A stretch of DNA of 63,644 nucleotides, filler included, from Chiloscyllium plagiosum (GCF_004010195.1; 3 parts of one record of this genome joined end to end with filler, not necessarily neighbours in it); one strand, 5' to 3'; positions 37,566 through 52,780 are shown, numbered from the whole stretch's first letter. Notes: generated by a model from the sequence alone, not told the origin. A program made the numbers and translations.

Positions 37566-39629
37566 CATAAATTGTGACAGAGATTTCAATACTTTAGACC
37601 AGGGGTCCCAAGAGAGACTGATGTTTGAGGAATTTTTCTATGATGCTGCCTGAGTCATAAGTTATTTAAACAGACAAGGTTCAATCACAAGCAAAGGTAC
37701 AGTAATACAACTCGCTGCTGCAAAAGGTCAGATACTCCTGGATAGGACCAGAACAAGGTAAATATTTTAAGTCACACTAACTACAAGCATAATTGACTTT
37801 GAACTATTCTAAATACCTCAAGGAAGTGCTATTCATTTTTTCTACATTTTTGTAAACTGATTTTATGTTTCATTCTTATTCATTCAGATGCTACTTTAAA
37901 TAGTTTACTCATTGCTGAGTCCCAACTCCCTCTAAGTCAGCTGTGGTGCCAGACTTGATAACGTGAGTATCGCAACTGTCACTGTGCCATGAGTAGGTGA
38001 GAGATTGTATTAGAAAGCACAGCTGCAGTCTGAATGCTGTCTCTCTCTCTACATTCAAAATAGTTGTCCCCAGCAAATAATACTGTAATTTAATTTTTAG
38101 CAACTATAAGGACTGGAATAATAGTTTTTTCTGGTATTAGCATTGAAATCATTGAATATTTATATGACAATCCTTTGTCCACTGTTTAAATAAAATGTTG
38201 GTCCATTTATTTTAAATAGGCTACTGCCTTCCATTAAAAACAGTGCCCAAAGGAATGTTATCCAAACATTGTTGTGCGTCATGCACCAATATAGCAGGTT
38301 ATAATTTCTAGGCTGGCACTTTAAATTAGAATGTAGGTTTAGTAGTAAAGCCAATTCTATTACAACCAAAACAATTAGATAAAATTATCTCTTTAAACCA
38401 GAAACTGGAATACGTAAAACACAGAATCATCCGCTATTTTTAAAATCAGTTTTCTACAGTGTTCAGACTTGTTACAAATTGGATTTGGTTTTTAAAACCT
38501 CCTCTACATATCCAGAAGATTATAAGTAAACAGACATATTGCAATCTGAAAATCCTTTGAAGCATGATGAAAGGAGATGGGTTCACAATGAGATGGAGTC
38601 AAAGCTGACAGTATGATCACATCAAGCAACAGCAACACAATATCCTTTGAATCATTCTGAAACAAAGGCTAAATAAGAAGAAAGATATTTTAAAGTCCAG
38701 AAGAAGATAATAAAGTCCCAGAAGAAGATAACAGAAACCAACTTGACAAATTAAACTGCATAATTATTACCAATTATGTATAGTGGTTTGTCCATGTCAT
38801 GAACCAAAAATTTTAATATCACCAAAAATTGTGAAATTAAATCTCGTGATTAAAAACTTCTTGTTGGTGAAGTTCTTTTTATTACTTCTGATACTTTTAA
38901 ATAAACTTCTAGGGTTCGAAGCTCCGAGGTGTTTTCGTCTGTTATGAGTTAGTGCATGTTACCTGTTTATGATATTTACCTTTCTATTAATTGTTCAATT
39001 CTGCTCCATTTGCAATGCTTTGCTTACAAAGTACTTTGTGACAAGCCAATAATTTAACAAAAGTGATCCAAGTAAATTGGTGAGAACACAAAGACTGCCA
39101 TGGAGCCCACTCAAATCCAAGTTTTCCCTGAACACAGCCTGAAGCTTGTTCCCAAGATCCCTCAGTGCACATGGTCAGAGATTTGTGGGCTTTAAATTGT
39201 CACATTTTTATTGATCTTCCCTCTATGCTCCCTTGTCGCACCCAAACCTAAAATTTACTTTCTCCATTCCTTCCAACTTCTCGTTCCCGCAACCAACAAT
39301 GTGAAGTGTAACTCTGTTCTATCTTCACAGATGCTGCCAGATCTGCTTAGTTTCTGCAGCAATTTCCATTTTTGTTAAATAAGGTCGCCTTATTCAAGTA
39401 CAATCTACTGCTGATAATTCAGCCATTTATTTTCACGAGCAGTTTTGAACAATGTACCAATCCTGTCCTAGTAGCCCCTAACATAGCTTGGTGTCAAACT
39501 GTTTGATAATATTCCAACAAAGCATCTGAGGATCCTTCAGATAGTAAAGTTGCTATATAAAAATGAAATTACAGATGTAAGAGTAAATCAGCTGATAAAA
39601 CTAGAAGTTTCAAAAATATTTTTTTAAAA

Positions 39630-40390
39630 ATTAAGACTCTTTATCTGAATGCATGTAACGTTCAAAACAAACAGATGAACTGACAATACAATTTGAGACA
39701 AGCAAGTAAGATCAAATAGCCTTTATAGAGACATGGTTGAAGAATGACATTGATTGGACAGGAATATTGAAGTGCACGTGACATTTAAGAACAGGAATCT
39801 AGAAAAAGGTTGAGAGGTGGTTCTTTTGATTAAGGATGACGTTAGCACAGCGGATGCTGTTGGGAGAAAGGTTTACCCGACCAAAACCTGGAATAGGTGA
39901 ATTGTCTGACAAAGGAAAGCTGAACAAGCCAGACCTTTATTTGTCCAAATTTAGAAAAGTAAGAGGCGACTTCACTGAAACATATAAGAACCTGACCAGA
40001 CTTCACCGAGTAGATGTAGAAAAAGATGTTTCCTCTGGTGAGAGAATCTAGAACTGGAAGTCACTATTTAAAAAGTAAAGATTGCCTCTTTCAGGCAGGA
40101 ATAAGAAGTTTCTTTTTCTCACAGAGGGCACCAAATCTTCGGAAACTTGCGTGCTACGCTTTTGCAATTAACACATTTGGACAATTTCACAGTTTCTTCC
40201 TCAAAAAGCAGTGAAGACAGAATAATTGAATTTTAAAACTTTTGACAGTGGTAGGTAAGCATGGGGTGAAAGGTTATTGGTGTAGGCAGGAAGATGAAGT
40301 TGAGGTTAAAATCAGCCATGATCATATTGAATGGCACAGCAGATTCGAAGAGTTGAGTGCTTTATTCACGCTCCTAATTCAAATGTCCGT
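39630..40390 (+). mobile_element. Internally deleted CR1 (endonuclease start fused to 3' end)
   Basis: LYLNACNVQNK..E and ETW remnants at 39638-39830, joined to KFRKVRGDFTETYK 3' region. Confidence 0.7.
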
Positions 40391-41029
40391 CAGTTGGTGT
40401 CGTAATTTGAATGAAACAATATAAATAACACGTTGGAATTTTGTACTTTAACAAGATTTATCAGCTAATTTAAGGTCAGAAGCATTAAATTACAAGTAAA
40501 TTGTGCTTGTCAATGCTAGAAGGTTTATGTTAACAATGTTATTTTGTTCTCCCTTTGGTTTTTCTCCCTTGCTCTGAGGAGACCCCTTGCATAAAATATT
40601 GGACAAAAAAATTAATTGAAATTTATCTCTCTCCAATTAATTAGACAGGTTTCTGTAGTAAATAGCAGAGTCCATTAAGTCCCCAGTTCAATCTGTCCTA
40701 AGATAGCTAATTTCTGTTAAGGCAGTATTAACAGAACATGACAACTAGCATGGGAATTACTGATGTAGGAAAGAGAAAACCATACTGCTATATCTGATCA
40801 ATTTGCAACATTTCTTACGGTAAGTATATACATGTGATGGAAGACAGGTGGAGCAGGATTAACATTGGCAGTGCCGTGCCTTTGGTGACAAGCTTGTTGA
40901 TATTTAGGTATAGATAGCACCCCTTTGGTCAATATATTAGACAGTGCCTAGCAACCATAAAAAGGATGGATTCACTAAACACCTTTCACATCCTCAGGAT
41001 TCCCCAAACTGCTACGCAGTCTATGAGAA

Positions 41030-41265
41030 GTGGAGGTATGATGGCATAGTGGTATTATCACTGGACTGGTCACTAGTGAAATTTACAATTCTCCTTAAAG
41101 GAAGGAAATCTGCCAATTTTTCCTCGTCTGGTCTACATGTAACCTCACACCCAAAGCAATGTGGTTGACTCTGCACTGCCCTCTGAAATGGCTAGCAAGC
41201 CACTCAGTTCAAAGGCAATTAGGGAAGGGCAACACATTGACATCCACACCCTATCAAAGAATAAA
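41030..41265 (+). mobile_element. tRNA-derived SINE with a LINE-derived tail
   Basis: Head shared with 18613-18900; tail GGCAATTAGGGAAGGGCAA...CATCCACACCCTAT shared with 28920-28975. Confidence 0.65.
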
Positions 41266-42700
41266 GGACAACAAAACACTTATAGTAATTTAGGGAATTA
41301 AGTCAGCCAATCTGCAAGTAACATGGTTCCATAAATATTAGGAAGAAATGGCAATAATGTTTTTTGGTGGTGTAGCATCGGTGATTGACCAGAATACCAG
41401 CAGAGCTTTGTTGCTTCTCAGCTACACAATGGAATCTTTTACATTAACACAATAAGAGAAACAGGGCTTTCAGTTTGCAATAAGTGACACGCATCCTTTC
41501 TAACAATGCAGTATTCCCTTAGTGCTGCATTGCAGTCTTCACAGTATGGTTTGAACCTCATGTCCTCTTAGCACACGGAATTACTAAAAAGTGGAAAACG
41601 GATTCCTCTCAGAAAAAGTTGCTTGGATTTAAAGAAAATGAAGCAAACATTTTTTCTTGGAATGCATGCTCAAATGTCTAAAAAGAATACAAAGAGAATG
41701 TGCTGGAAAAATTCAGCAGGTCTGGCAGCATCTGTGGAGAGAGAAACAGTTAACATTTGAGAATATGACTCTTCTACAGGGCCATTGGAACATTTTTTGC
41801 TTTTGATTTCAAATATCCAGAATCCAGTGTGTTTTGCTTTTTTCTAAAAACACCTGTTATAAGAGCAAAACTATATCTATATGGATGAAGATGAGATTTT
41901 ATTCACTTCCTCCTGAATATATAACATATACTTTCATTTCCACTTCGCTGGTTCACAAAATTAGTTTGCCTAAAGGAGTACAAAATACTCAAGTCGCAAA
42001 GACTGAAAACCATGAAACCATAAAGAGTCAGAAGTTAACTCTAAACAAATCTAATGACCCCTGTCAAGTGCATAAATCGTGGCATGCCACCTTGCATTAA
42101 AGATAAAGAGATGTCATGGAGGGAAACATTAGTTGACTGGACACATTTTATGGAAAACCCTCAAAATGAAGTCAAGGACATATACTTTGACTGCCAACAC
42201 AACTCAAAATTATATACAACAAATCAGAACTGAGATATGCACAATCCAATGCCCAGCATCCTCTTTCTGCAGTGAAGTTTCTGCTGAATTTTGAACTTCG
42301 TGACCTAGTTCTGGCAAGTAGCTCCTTCCTCCGTACATACCGTCCCATTCCCTCTGTATGAATGCTTTCAAACATTTAAATGCAGATAATTGCTAACATA
42401 AGTAGGATACGCTTCAGTAACCTGTTTTTAAAGTGTATTTGCCACCAGTTTCATCAGAAGCAAGGGGACAGGGTTGTGACATCACAGAATTTTGTTAATG
42501 ATTCAGCGAGGAAATAATCATGACATACATATGGATGGACATTCATGTTTTGCATGAAAACCAAGTGGGAAAGTATGCATTCACAGGTTTCTGAAGATAA
42601 CACAATATTTAGAATGGAGATGGGTTGACATAACTTGAAAAGTAAATTATCTCCACTGAAACAGCAAATGCACAATCAGCACCATGTAGAAATCCCTTAA

Positions 42701-44370
42701 AGACATAAGAAATAGGGAGCATAATTAGGCCATTTGGCCCATCAAGTCTGCTCTGTCATTCGATCATGGCTGATATATTTCTCTACCCCATTCTGTCTTC
42801 TCTCCATAACCTTTGATCCCCCTACCAATCAAGAATTTATCTATCACTGTCATAAAGATACTCAATGACTTGGCCTCCACAGCCTTCTATGGTAATGAAT
42901 TCTGCAGATTAACCACCCTCTGACTGGAGAAATTCCTCCTCACTCAGTTCTAAAGGGTTGTTCCTTCATTCTGAAGCTATGCTCTCAGGTCCTAATCTCT
43001 CTGATGAGCAGAAACATCTTCTCCAGGTCTACTCTAGCGTCTCAGTATTTTATCAGTTTCATTGAGTCACCCCATCATCTTTAAAAACCCCATCAAATAC
43101 AGATTCAAAATTCTCAACCGCCCTTCAACAACTGGATCATTTTTGTAAACCTCCTTTGGACCCCTTTTAACGTGAGCACATCTTTCCCTTAGATATGGGG
43201 CCCAAAACTGCTTACTTTTCCCAATGCGATCTGAACGGAGCCTTATACAGTCTCAACAGTACACCTCTGTTCTTGTGTTCTAGTCCTCTTGAAATGAATG
43301 CTAACGTTACATTTGCATTTCTATCTGCCAAATGAACCCACGTTAATCTTGAGAATCCTCAGATTTTCAAAGCCTTTGCCCATGTTGAAAATAGCTTATG
43401 TCTCAATTCTTCCTACCAAAGTGCATTACCTTACACTTTCTCACATTGTATTCCATCTGCCATTTCTTTGCTCACTCTTCTCACCTGTCCAGGTTCTTTT
43501 GCAGCCTCTCTGCTTTCTCAACATTTCTTGTCCCTCCATCTATTTTTGTATCATCTGCAAACTCAGCAACAATGCCCTCAGTTTTTTTTGTTCTGAATGT
43601 TAATCTACAACACAAACAGTTATGGTCCCAATACAACCCCTGTTAATCACTGACTGCCATTCTGACAAAGACCCGTTTATCCATATTCTGCCTTCTGCCA
43701 GTCAGCCAATCCTATATCCATGCCAATATCAGGCTCCTAACACGATGGGTCCTATCTTAAAGCGTCCTGTGTGGCATCTTGTCAAAGCCTTTGATCAAAC
43801 CGATCAAATCCACTGGCTTTCTTTCACCTAACTTGCTCATTACATCCTCAAAGAATTCTAAGAGATCTGTCATGCATGATAAAGACAGGCTGATTCAGCC
43901 CTATTTTACCAATTACTCCAGAATCTCCTCAATAATAGATTCTTTATATGTTACCAATGACCAAGGTCAGGCTAACCAGCCTATAGTATTCTGTCTTCTG
44001 TCTCCCTCCCTTCTTAAACAGGAGTGTTAAATTAAAACATTTTCCAGTCTTCTGTGACCCCCCTGACTCCAGTTATTTCTGAAAAATGGCTCCACCATCC
44101 CTTCAGCTATCTCCTGCAGAATCCCAGGATGTTATCCATCTGGTCAGGGTGATTTATCCACCTTCAGATCTTTCAGCTTTCCCAGCATCTTAGGCATGGC
44201 CACTCCACTCACCTATGTCCCCTGACACTTGAAGTTCTGGTTTGCTACTGATATCTTCCAACGTGAAGACTGATGTAAAGTACCTATTCAGTTCCGTCGG
44301 CATTTCTTTGCTCCTTATTACTACTTCTCCAGCCTCGTTTTCCAGTGGTCCAATTCCATTCTTGTCTCTC
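42701..44370 (-). mobile_element. Decayed CR1 LINE RT-to-3' fragment
   Basis: Reverse-complement CR1 terminus at 42701; FADDTKIDG encoded at about 43535-43562; YRLVSLTLV at about 43960-43990. Confidence 0.85.
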
Positions 44371-44527
44371 TTGTAACTTATTAGGTATTTATATTCATAT
44401 TTTTCAACTGTTTTGATGAAATGCAGGTAATAGGATGAAGCAATAAGATAGCAAAGATTCTTGATGACTGTGAACTTTTTCTAAGCTTTCATTTCATGGG
44501 GTGGTGTGTTCTGATGCTGTTAGCTTT

Positions 44528-44831
44528 AATTAGATTAGATTAGATTACTTACAGTGTGGAAACAGGCCCTTCGGCCCAACAAGTCCACACCGCCCCGTCG
44601 AAGCGCAACCCACCCATACCCCTACATTTACCCCTTACCTAACACTAGGGGCAATTTAGCATGGCCAATTCACCTAACCTGTCATCTTTGGACTGTGGGA
44701 GGAAACCGGAGCACCCGGAGGAAACCCACGCAGACACAGGGAGAACGTGCACACAGTCTGAGGCAGAAATTGAACCCAGGTCTCTGGTACTGTGAGGCAG
44801 CAGTGCTAACCACTGTGCCACCGTGCCGCCC
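44528..44831 (-). mobile_element. Near full-length young HE1-type V-SINE
   Basis: 5' GGGCGGCACGGTGGCACAGTGGTTAGCACTGCTGCCTCACAG, B-box GGGTTCAATT, V-domain, (TCTAA)n tail. Confidence 0.9.
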
Positions 44832-47800
44832 TGGTTTGAACAAGAAAGAAGGCTGTAATGTAAGCAGCAGCAAATGGGCAGTGCTTATGATACCAATAAT
44901 TGTTTAATGCATATAGACATACACAGAGGAAATTAACAGAAAGGTAAATTGGTATTTGAGGTAACCAAGCAATGAAGCAGAAGCATGTAATGACAAGATA
45001 CACATGAAGCAAATCTAAGAGTTTGCTCTGCGGGCATTAATTCACAATTGCTAATTTAAATAGCGTAAAATCCTCCATTACTGATTTCAGATTTCCATAC
45101 TGTATTGATGTCAACTGTCTCATGAAAATCTCCTGTCACTCTGTGCCACAAATCATAACTAGGTACGTTTAACTTGGCGTGAGAAGTGGACTAGAGGGTA
45201 TGAAGAAAACGGTGTCAAAAATAATTTTGTTCAAAACTGCATTTGATATTGTGATGTAAAAACAGTTGTGTAAATAGACATTTTAAGCTCAATCCAGATC
45301 AATGGAAAAACACATCTGTTGGTGCAAATTTCAGGTCTCAAATCAATACATCCCTGTTAAGTTGTTATAACACCATCCCTGCTGCATCTCTGCTCTACAA
45401 CAACCTGCAGATGAAGTGAATTTCTTTTCTATTAATTGCAGAATATAAAATCAACACAGAGGAACTGAACATAGAGCAGTAATTTATGAATTATTAACAT
45501 ATGTTATCGAGTAGTCTCTAAACTCCCTTGTATTGGGCTGAATGTCTCAAGTATTGACCGGTTTCAAACACTGGTTATAAACATGAGAAACTCAGACTGC
45601 TGTATCATCCCATTGCACTGTCTGCTAGACTCAAATTCAATTTATACTTTTAGCCCTGCAGCATGGCACAATCTGAACATGATATTCCCCACAGGCCTTA
45701 TACAGAAGATCGCCAGACTCAATTCTTGGGTTGCAAGGTATTAAATTCCCTACGCAATGCATTCGAGACTTTTGATTTGCAGCTAAAGTCAGCAGGAAAT
45801 TCAGATCAGGCACTTAGACTGACCTGGCGTGAATCGCTTATGTTATAGTTCCAGATAACACTGAGAAGGCGCAGTGGGCATTTTTACTCTCTGTCATCCA
45901 TTTCTATTGGCTAAGTTGCAAACTTCCTGCTGCAAATTAGCAAGATTTTCAAAAATGTTACACAAACAAATATTTCATACTGTATGCACACTACATTTTG
46001 TAATTAGATATTTGTATAAGCGGGGCCTGCTTAAATGAATCCAAAGAAATTCTCATTCAATACAAATGAGATGTGTGGTCAATTAACACAATGTACACTG
46101 ATGCCTAGCAACAGTCATTACAAATCAAATTAGTGTAGAGTTTAGCAATAACTCGTGATTTCATACCCAACAATATGTAGAAAAGATATTGTATGCAGCT
46201 ACAGCATAAACACCAACATTTTAGAATTATAAAAAGGTCAACGCAGTCCATTTTAACTTGCATCTTCTTCCAATTTCACACAATGTTACCAAATTATTAT
46301 ATTTTTTCTTGTGAACTATGCTTACTTTTCTGCGTATTTTTGAGTCTTCGCATTTTCTATGTGCTCACGAGTGAAAATGAAACAAAAGTAAACCTGTGAA
46401 ATGATTACATTTTGCTGAGCTATGACAAAATACAACCATGTCCTCCGATTAATACCTAGGTACTCATTAACCCACTTGCACATTTATTGACAATTAAATT
46501 TCTAATTTGTAAGTGCCTGGATAAGTCCAGAGGAGGGCTTGTGAACGCATGATTTAATTTATCTAACACTTGTTTCGTAACTGTCCAGTTTTAAAATTAA
46601 CAATGTTTTTATTTTATTAACTGACTGCCAGGACCACCACTCCTCATCCCATTTCCTTTCTCTCATATGAGTTTAAATTGCAACCTCTTCTTTGCGCTTA
46701 AATTCTGTGTATCGAGGAAGAATTCTCATACATTTTGAGGCAATCCCATGCAGACTCAATTTCAAAAACCATCCTTATGTCTGAATGTAAGTGTATATGC
46801 TCTGCAATATGTCCAAATTAATCCTTCTTTTTGTGTTAGTAGTATACCTGTAATTACATTTGTGCAACAATGTTAAGCAGTTCACTTCTCTTTCTTATTT
46901 TGTGATCTACATATGTAGCCATTTTTTTCCTCATTTTGACCACATGATGCCAATACTGAAATAGTCAAATCTCACAGGTGTAGTCAATGGATAAAGAAAG
47001 AAAAGGGTAATGAGAGGGTGGTGTTACAAACCAGCCTCTTCAAAAGAGCACATCAAAGTTCTGCTGCTTTTGTAACCCAATTCAAAACTAAGCATAAAAG
47101 GTCAAATGCTGGCCTGGCTGATTCCAGCGATAGCATCCAGAGCAGAACTGGCAACATAAACAATAAGCATCAGAGTTCTGAACGGTTGTTATTAATTCTT
47201 CAGTACAAATGTTGAGAATGGGTATGAATGAACCACAAATGCTTACAAATCAACCACAATCTAATAGTTACAACAGTTCACAATGAAAAGCATACCTTCA
47301 TTCATTTTATTCAGAAAGGGGGTGCAATCAGCTTATTCTCATACAGGAATATAATTGATATTCATCACTTAGCTTAACATTTATAATGTTACAGACCTGA
47401 AATACTTTCCAAAGTTGCAGTGAGTGGCATTTTGATTTTTTCAATAGAGAACAGCATTGTATTTCCATAGTCTTTTGTAGTTTTTATAAGTTCATGGTTG
47501 GTTTAAGCAGTACTGTGGTATCACTCTGTCATTGCAATGTCGTAACAGCAGGGATATTATTTTATTAAATTTACCACTGGCTAGCTGACACTGCAGCACA
47601 GCTGAAACTGATGTTGTTGAACGTTAAGAGTTACAAAAATACATTGCTTTATTAAAATCATACCATGCACAATTCTCTGAAATGTTGGCAGGTAAATAGG
47701 TCACTTAATGTGCAGCTGAACCACAGATTTAGCTCAGCATCTCTGGACAAGTTGTATGAAAAATTAACATGGGTTCTTGTTCCTAATGTTTTGACACAAC

Positions 47801-48241
47801 GTATTGTCTAGTTCACATGTGAAAAGAATCCAATTTGCTAAAGTGCCAGATTAAATGCCAAAGATTAAAGATTAGTCAAAGTCCAGGTATATGCTTTTCT
47901 AATCAGTTTTATTTCAGCTTATACAATACAAAACTCAACATACGGACTACTTGTTCCACATGTATCCATATCCAGATCTCACTCAATTATCCCTTAATTA
48001 AAGTATAATTAGCCTCGTTCCATTTGGTCTAAGCCATACCAACTAAGCTGCATGGCAGGCTGCACCTGTGCAATTATAAACTATTGCACAACAGAATCTT
48101 TGGAAGAAGACTTGAGAAATCTAGGAGGGCTGTATGTTTTGAAGAGTATGGACATCTGGGACAACAAAAGTGATCTTATCAATAGAAGCAAAATACTGCA
48201 GATGGCTGGTGATCTGAAAAAAGTATAAAGTGCTGGAGAAG

Positions 48242-48735
48242 AAGGCTACTTCTACAGATGCACAATGGAAAGCATACTGTCCGGGTGCATAACAGTCTAG
48301 AATGGCAACTGCTCTGCCCAGGACTGTAAGAAACTACTGAACTGCTGGCAGATCATTATGGAAGCCAACCTTCCATCCATGGACTCCATTTACATTTCTC
48401 GCTGCTGCAGAAAGACTTCCAACATCATCAAAGACCCATCACACCCAGTAATGATCTCCTACAACCTCTTCTGGCAGGTAAAAGATACATGAACCCTGAA
48501 CACGCAGACCAGTAGGTTCAAGAATAGCTTCTTCCCAATTGTTATTAGACTGATGAATGGACTCTCTGGCCTCCAACAATGCTGATCTTGCTAATGTTGA
48601 TCTTGCATACCTTGTGCATGTAACCTGTATGCCTCTGTCTAAGTTTCTTTAATCTGTACATCCTTGCTTACTATGATCTGTCTGTACTGCTTGCAAACAA
48701 AGCCTTTCACTATACATGTGACAATAAATCAATCA
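48242..48735 (+). mobile_element. Rex1/Babar-like LINE 3' end
   Basis: FYRCTMESILSGCITV, NIIKDPSHP and RFKNSFFPIVIRLMN; ends ACAATAAATCAATCAA. Confidence 0.85.
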
Positions 48736-50139
48736 ATTGCAGCAGAATTCTATGAAAGCCCAATGCAAATTGGAGGATCAGCACTTCATTTTATGCTCAC
48801 GCACTTTAGTGTTCCAGATTCAACATTAACTTCAACAAGTTCAGAGTAAGAATACTACCCTCCACTTTAATTACACAATTCTCTTTCACTCAATATCACA
48901 TTTGCATGGAATTCCCCTCTGCAGAGCTGACCTATTTACTATTTTTAACACTCACAGGTAGAACCTATTCTTATCTATTTCTTTCCTTTTGGTTTTTGCT
49001 CTGGGCACCCTCACCAGCTGGTCCACTCACTCCTCATCTCACTTTGCCAACAGCATAAAAACCTTCATTTTCCGGCCCCCTTTGGTTTCAGAGATGAAAA
49101 TGTTAATTCTGTTTCTCTCTGCACAGAGGCTGCCAGATCTGCCGAGTTTATTCAGCACTTTCTGGTTCTGTCATGAAGCTGATTATTTGGAGATTTGTCA
49201 CTTGTATTTTTATCTGGGAACCTGCTATGTAACCATGCTTACTAAATCCTTCATTTAACTCTCAAGGATAACACTTCCTTAGCATTTTGGAATGAGAATC
49301 AATAGCAATGACAATGTACATCTGACTTTTTCCAAAATCTTTGACATAATCACCAATGCAAAAACTTGGAAGAAAACATATAAATCAAAAGAGTAACTGG
49401 CAATGCTACATCAGACTTCCACACGATGACCTTACATATGTTCATGCAGGTTCTAAGCTACTACACATAACCACAGTGAGATTTAAACTGAATTCAAGCT
49501 GAACATACACATGTAATTCTGTCCACAACTATACATAACGGTGCATCCAGAATGAGCTGCTTTTATGTCGACAAAGGAGTTTTCAGTTTTGCATAACTCT
49601 TCTTATTTCATTATTGCTTTTACAATTATGTTTATTTATGCTTTCATGCAAGTCAGATTTTTACAGCAATTGCTTTCAAACGCAATGAAGATACAAGGTG
49701 ATTGCTTTCCCATCCTTTAGGAATCAGAGTGCTTCCTGTATCTGGCATCATCAAGTTTCGAGAGTACAACATAAGCAGTTTGGCTTCTTCCCAACCCAGT
49801 CAATCGCTGTTCTTCTGTGGTTCATTATTCCGAATCTCATTAAACCAATTTCAGTAAAACCATTATTCAGTTTACCATACTGTTTCATATCCTATAATAC
49901 TTTTTGGCAGGCTTACCATCTGTCTTCATAAATGTGACTGAAATGATTAGATTTTAAGATTTTTTTCTTCAGTAAAGTTAGTCCCAATGTATTCAGAGAA
50001 AAATTGATATTGCATTTATAAAATAGCTTACATGTCTTTAGGACATCCCAAAGTGCTTCAAAACCAATGAATTACTTTGTCATTTCCAATTTCCTCAAGA
50101 TAGTCAAATACCAATAAGCTGACACAAAAAAGGATGTAA

Positions 50140-50592
50140 AAACGATTCACAGGAATGGTTCCAGGAATGAGGAACCTCCAGTACTTAGATTGGAGAAGTT
50201 TGGATTATTTTCATCAGAGCAGTGAAGATGGAGAGGATATTTATAAAGGTCTTCAAAGTCACATGGGTATGGGCAGCATAGATAGGGTAAATAAACTATT
50301 CCAATTGGTGAACAAGATGGCACAGATTTAAGCTAACTGGCAAAAGTAATAATGATATGTGGAGAAGCTTTTTAACACATCAGTGGTTAGGATCTAGAAT
50401 GGACTGCCTGGGAGTAAGCTGGAGGTAGGTTCCACCACAGAATTCAAGAAGGAATTGATTAACCTTAATGGAGGAATGTACAGAGTTATGGAAAGAAGGC
50501 AGGGGAGGAGCACTAGGTGAATTGTTCCCTCAGGAACAGACATGATTGACTGAAAGGCTCCTTCTCTGCTGTAAACATTGTGATTCTATGAT
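50140..50592 (+). mobile_element. Decayed CR1 3' end inside a Deu-type SINE relic
   Basis: CR1 3' similarity; terminus TGTGATTCTATGA. Confidence 0.7.
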
Positions 50593-51163
50593 GATAACCC
50601 CCTTAAGTGGTATTTGTTGACAAAGGACCCAAAAGCTCTGCTGCTTATTATTGGAATAGTAACACAGGATCTTTTGCACAGACCTCATCGGATACCTGGA
50701 GGCTCATCAAAAATAAAACACCTCTAACAGTGTAAACAGCCCCTCAGCACTGCACCGAAATGTCAGCACAGATTAGCTGCTCAAATCCTCCTGGTGCAAA
50801 ACACTTTTCTGTGAAGCAAAACACAGCACACCACTAGTCCATTGAGGCAGGGAGAGCATACATAAATGAATCAAGTACATCAATAAAAGCAAGGATAACT
50901 GTAAATAACAAAAGCTATCTCTACATCTGAATGCTGTCTAACCTGCCCTGCATTTTCTTCAAGGCTTATGATTATGGTCATTGCAAATGAACAATAATGT
51001 GTCATATTGAAGCATATGGAAATAGGAGATGGGATTTCACGAAACTACTATTCTGACTCCAATCTGATGTCTGAGGGCATGTTCATAGTAAGGATTAATG
51101 TCTCTCACAACAAACGTACGGCGTGACAGTCTACAGTTAACTAAACTGTAGATGCTATTTTCA

Positions 51164-51788
<625 letters not shown>

Positions 51789-52228
51789 CTGATTGAAACA
51801 AGAGGTTTAAAAAAGAACTGTTTATTAAATCGGATTTTTTTTTTAACAAAAGTTGCCATTTGAACGTCTGTCGGGATAGTCCAGTTGGAGGAAGCCTGCT
51901 CTGAAGAAAGCGTTGTCGGCGTCAAATGTGTCTGGAATCTGAGCTTGGCAACCACCTTAAACAGCGGGGAATTGTTTAATGAACTAGATCCTTAAACAAC
52001 TTTTTAATCAATAAGAGGACGTGAAACGCCACTAAACAATCAAAACTGGTCTTCACGATTGTTTTGGAAAACCATAATCCCGTGGAACTCTTTTATAAAC
52101 TAACTGGGAAAAATAAATTTAAAAGCTATGTATCCATAATTGTTTGCCCTAATAATTATATGTTTTAAAAAATAAGGACTTAATTTGTGAAACTCCTAAA
52201 GTGCCATTCTATTTCAGCCAGTACTTAC

Positions 52229-52780
52229 ATCTTCCGCGCGGATCCTCCCTGAAGTCCGAAAAGGTTCAATCTTAGAAGAGAACTTCCCTCCAACAGAGAC
52301 TGGATTTTGAGTCTTTCTCCCGCACGCACACACAACACAGTCAATCCCCGAGTGTCTCACTGTACCGCTCTGCCTGACAGGAAATATTCAGCACACATTC
52401 CGAGGAACAGAGCGAGTCTGCGAGGCGGGGGAATGAATATTCCGGACAGCTCAGCCCCGAAGCCGTCAATCAGACCTAAACTCCCAGAAAACAAACAAAA
52501 AAAAACACGCCCCCAACCCCGCCCACCCCCAGTCCTCTGGAAAACGGAGGCAATCTGCGAATTTGTATCGAAATTCCCTTCACATTTTTCATGTGTCTGG
52601 CAAGTCACAGGCACGCACCCACCGGAGCAAGAGGGGTCAGGTCAGCGAGGCCAAACTAGTCAGCTTTCCGTCCCCACAGTCTCAACGCAGCTGACAAAGC
52701 AAAGGAGGCCATTCAGTCCGGAGTGGTTATACTGGGAAATGGCTTATTGCCAGTGCAGGATGTGCAGCCAATGAAAGACT
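52229..52780 (-). promoter_or_regulatory. LHFPL6: Probable non-coding first exon and CpG-rich promoter of LHFPL6
   Basis: Minus-strand donor GAT|GTAAGT at 52229/52228; local CpG enrichment against a CpG-poor background; GC boxes (GAGGCGGGG about 52422, CCCCGCCC about 52517); CCAAT at 52768-52772. Transcription start site not determinable. Confidence 0.6.
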
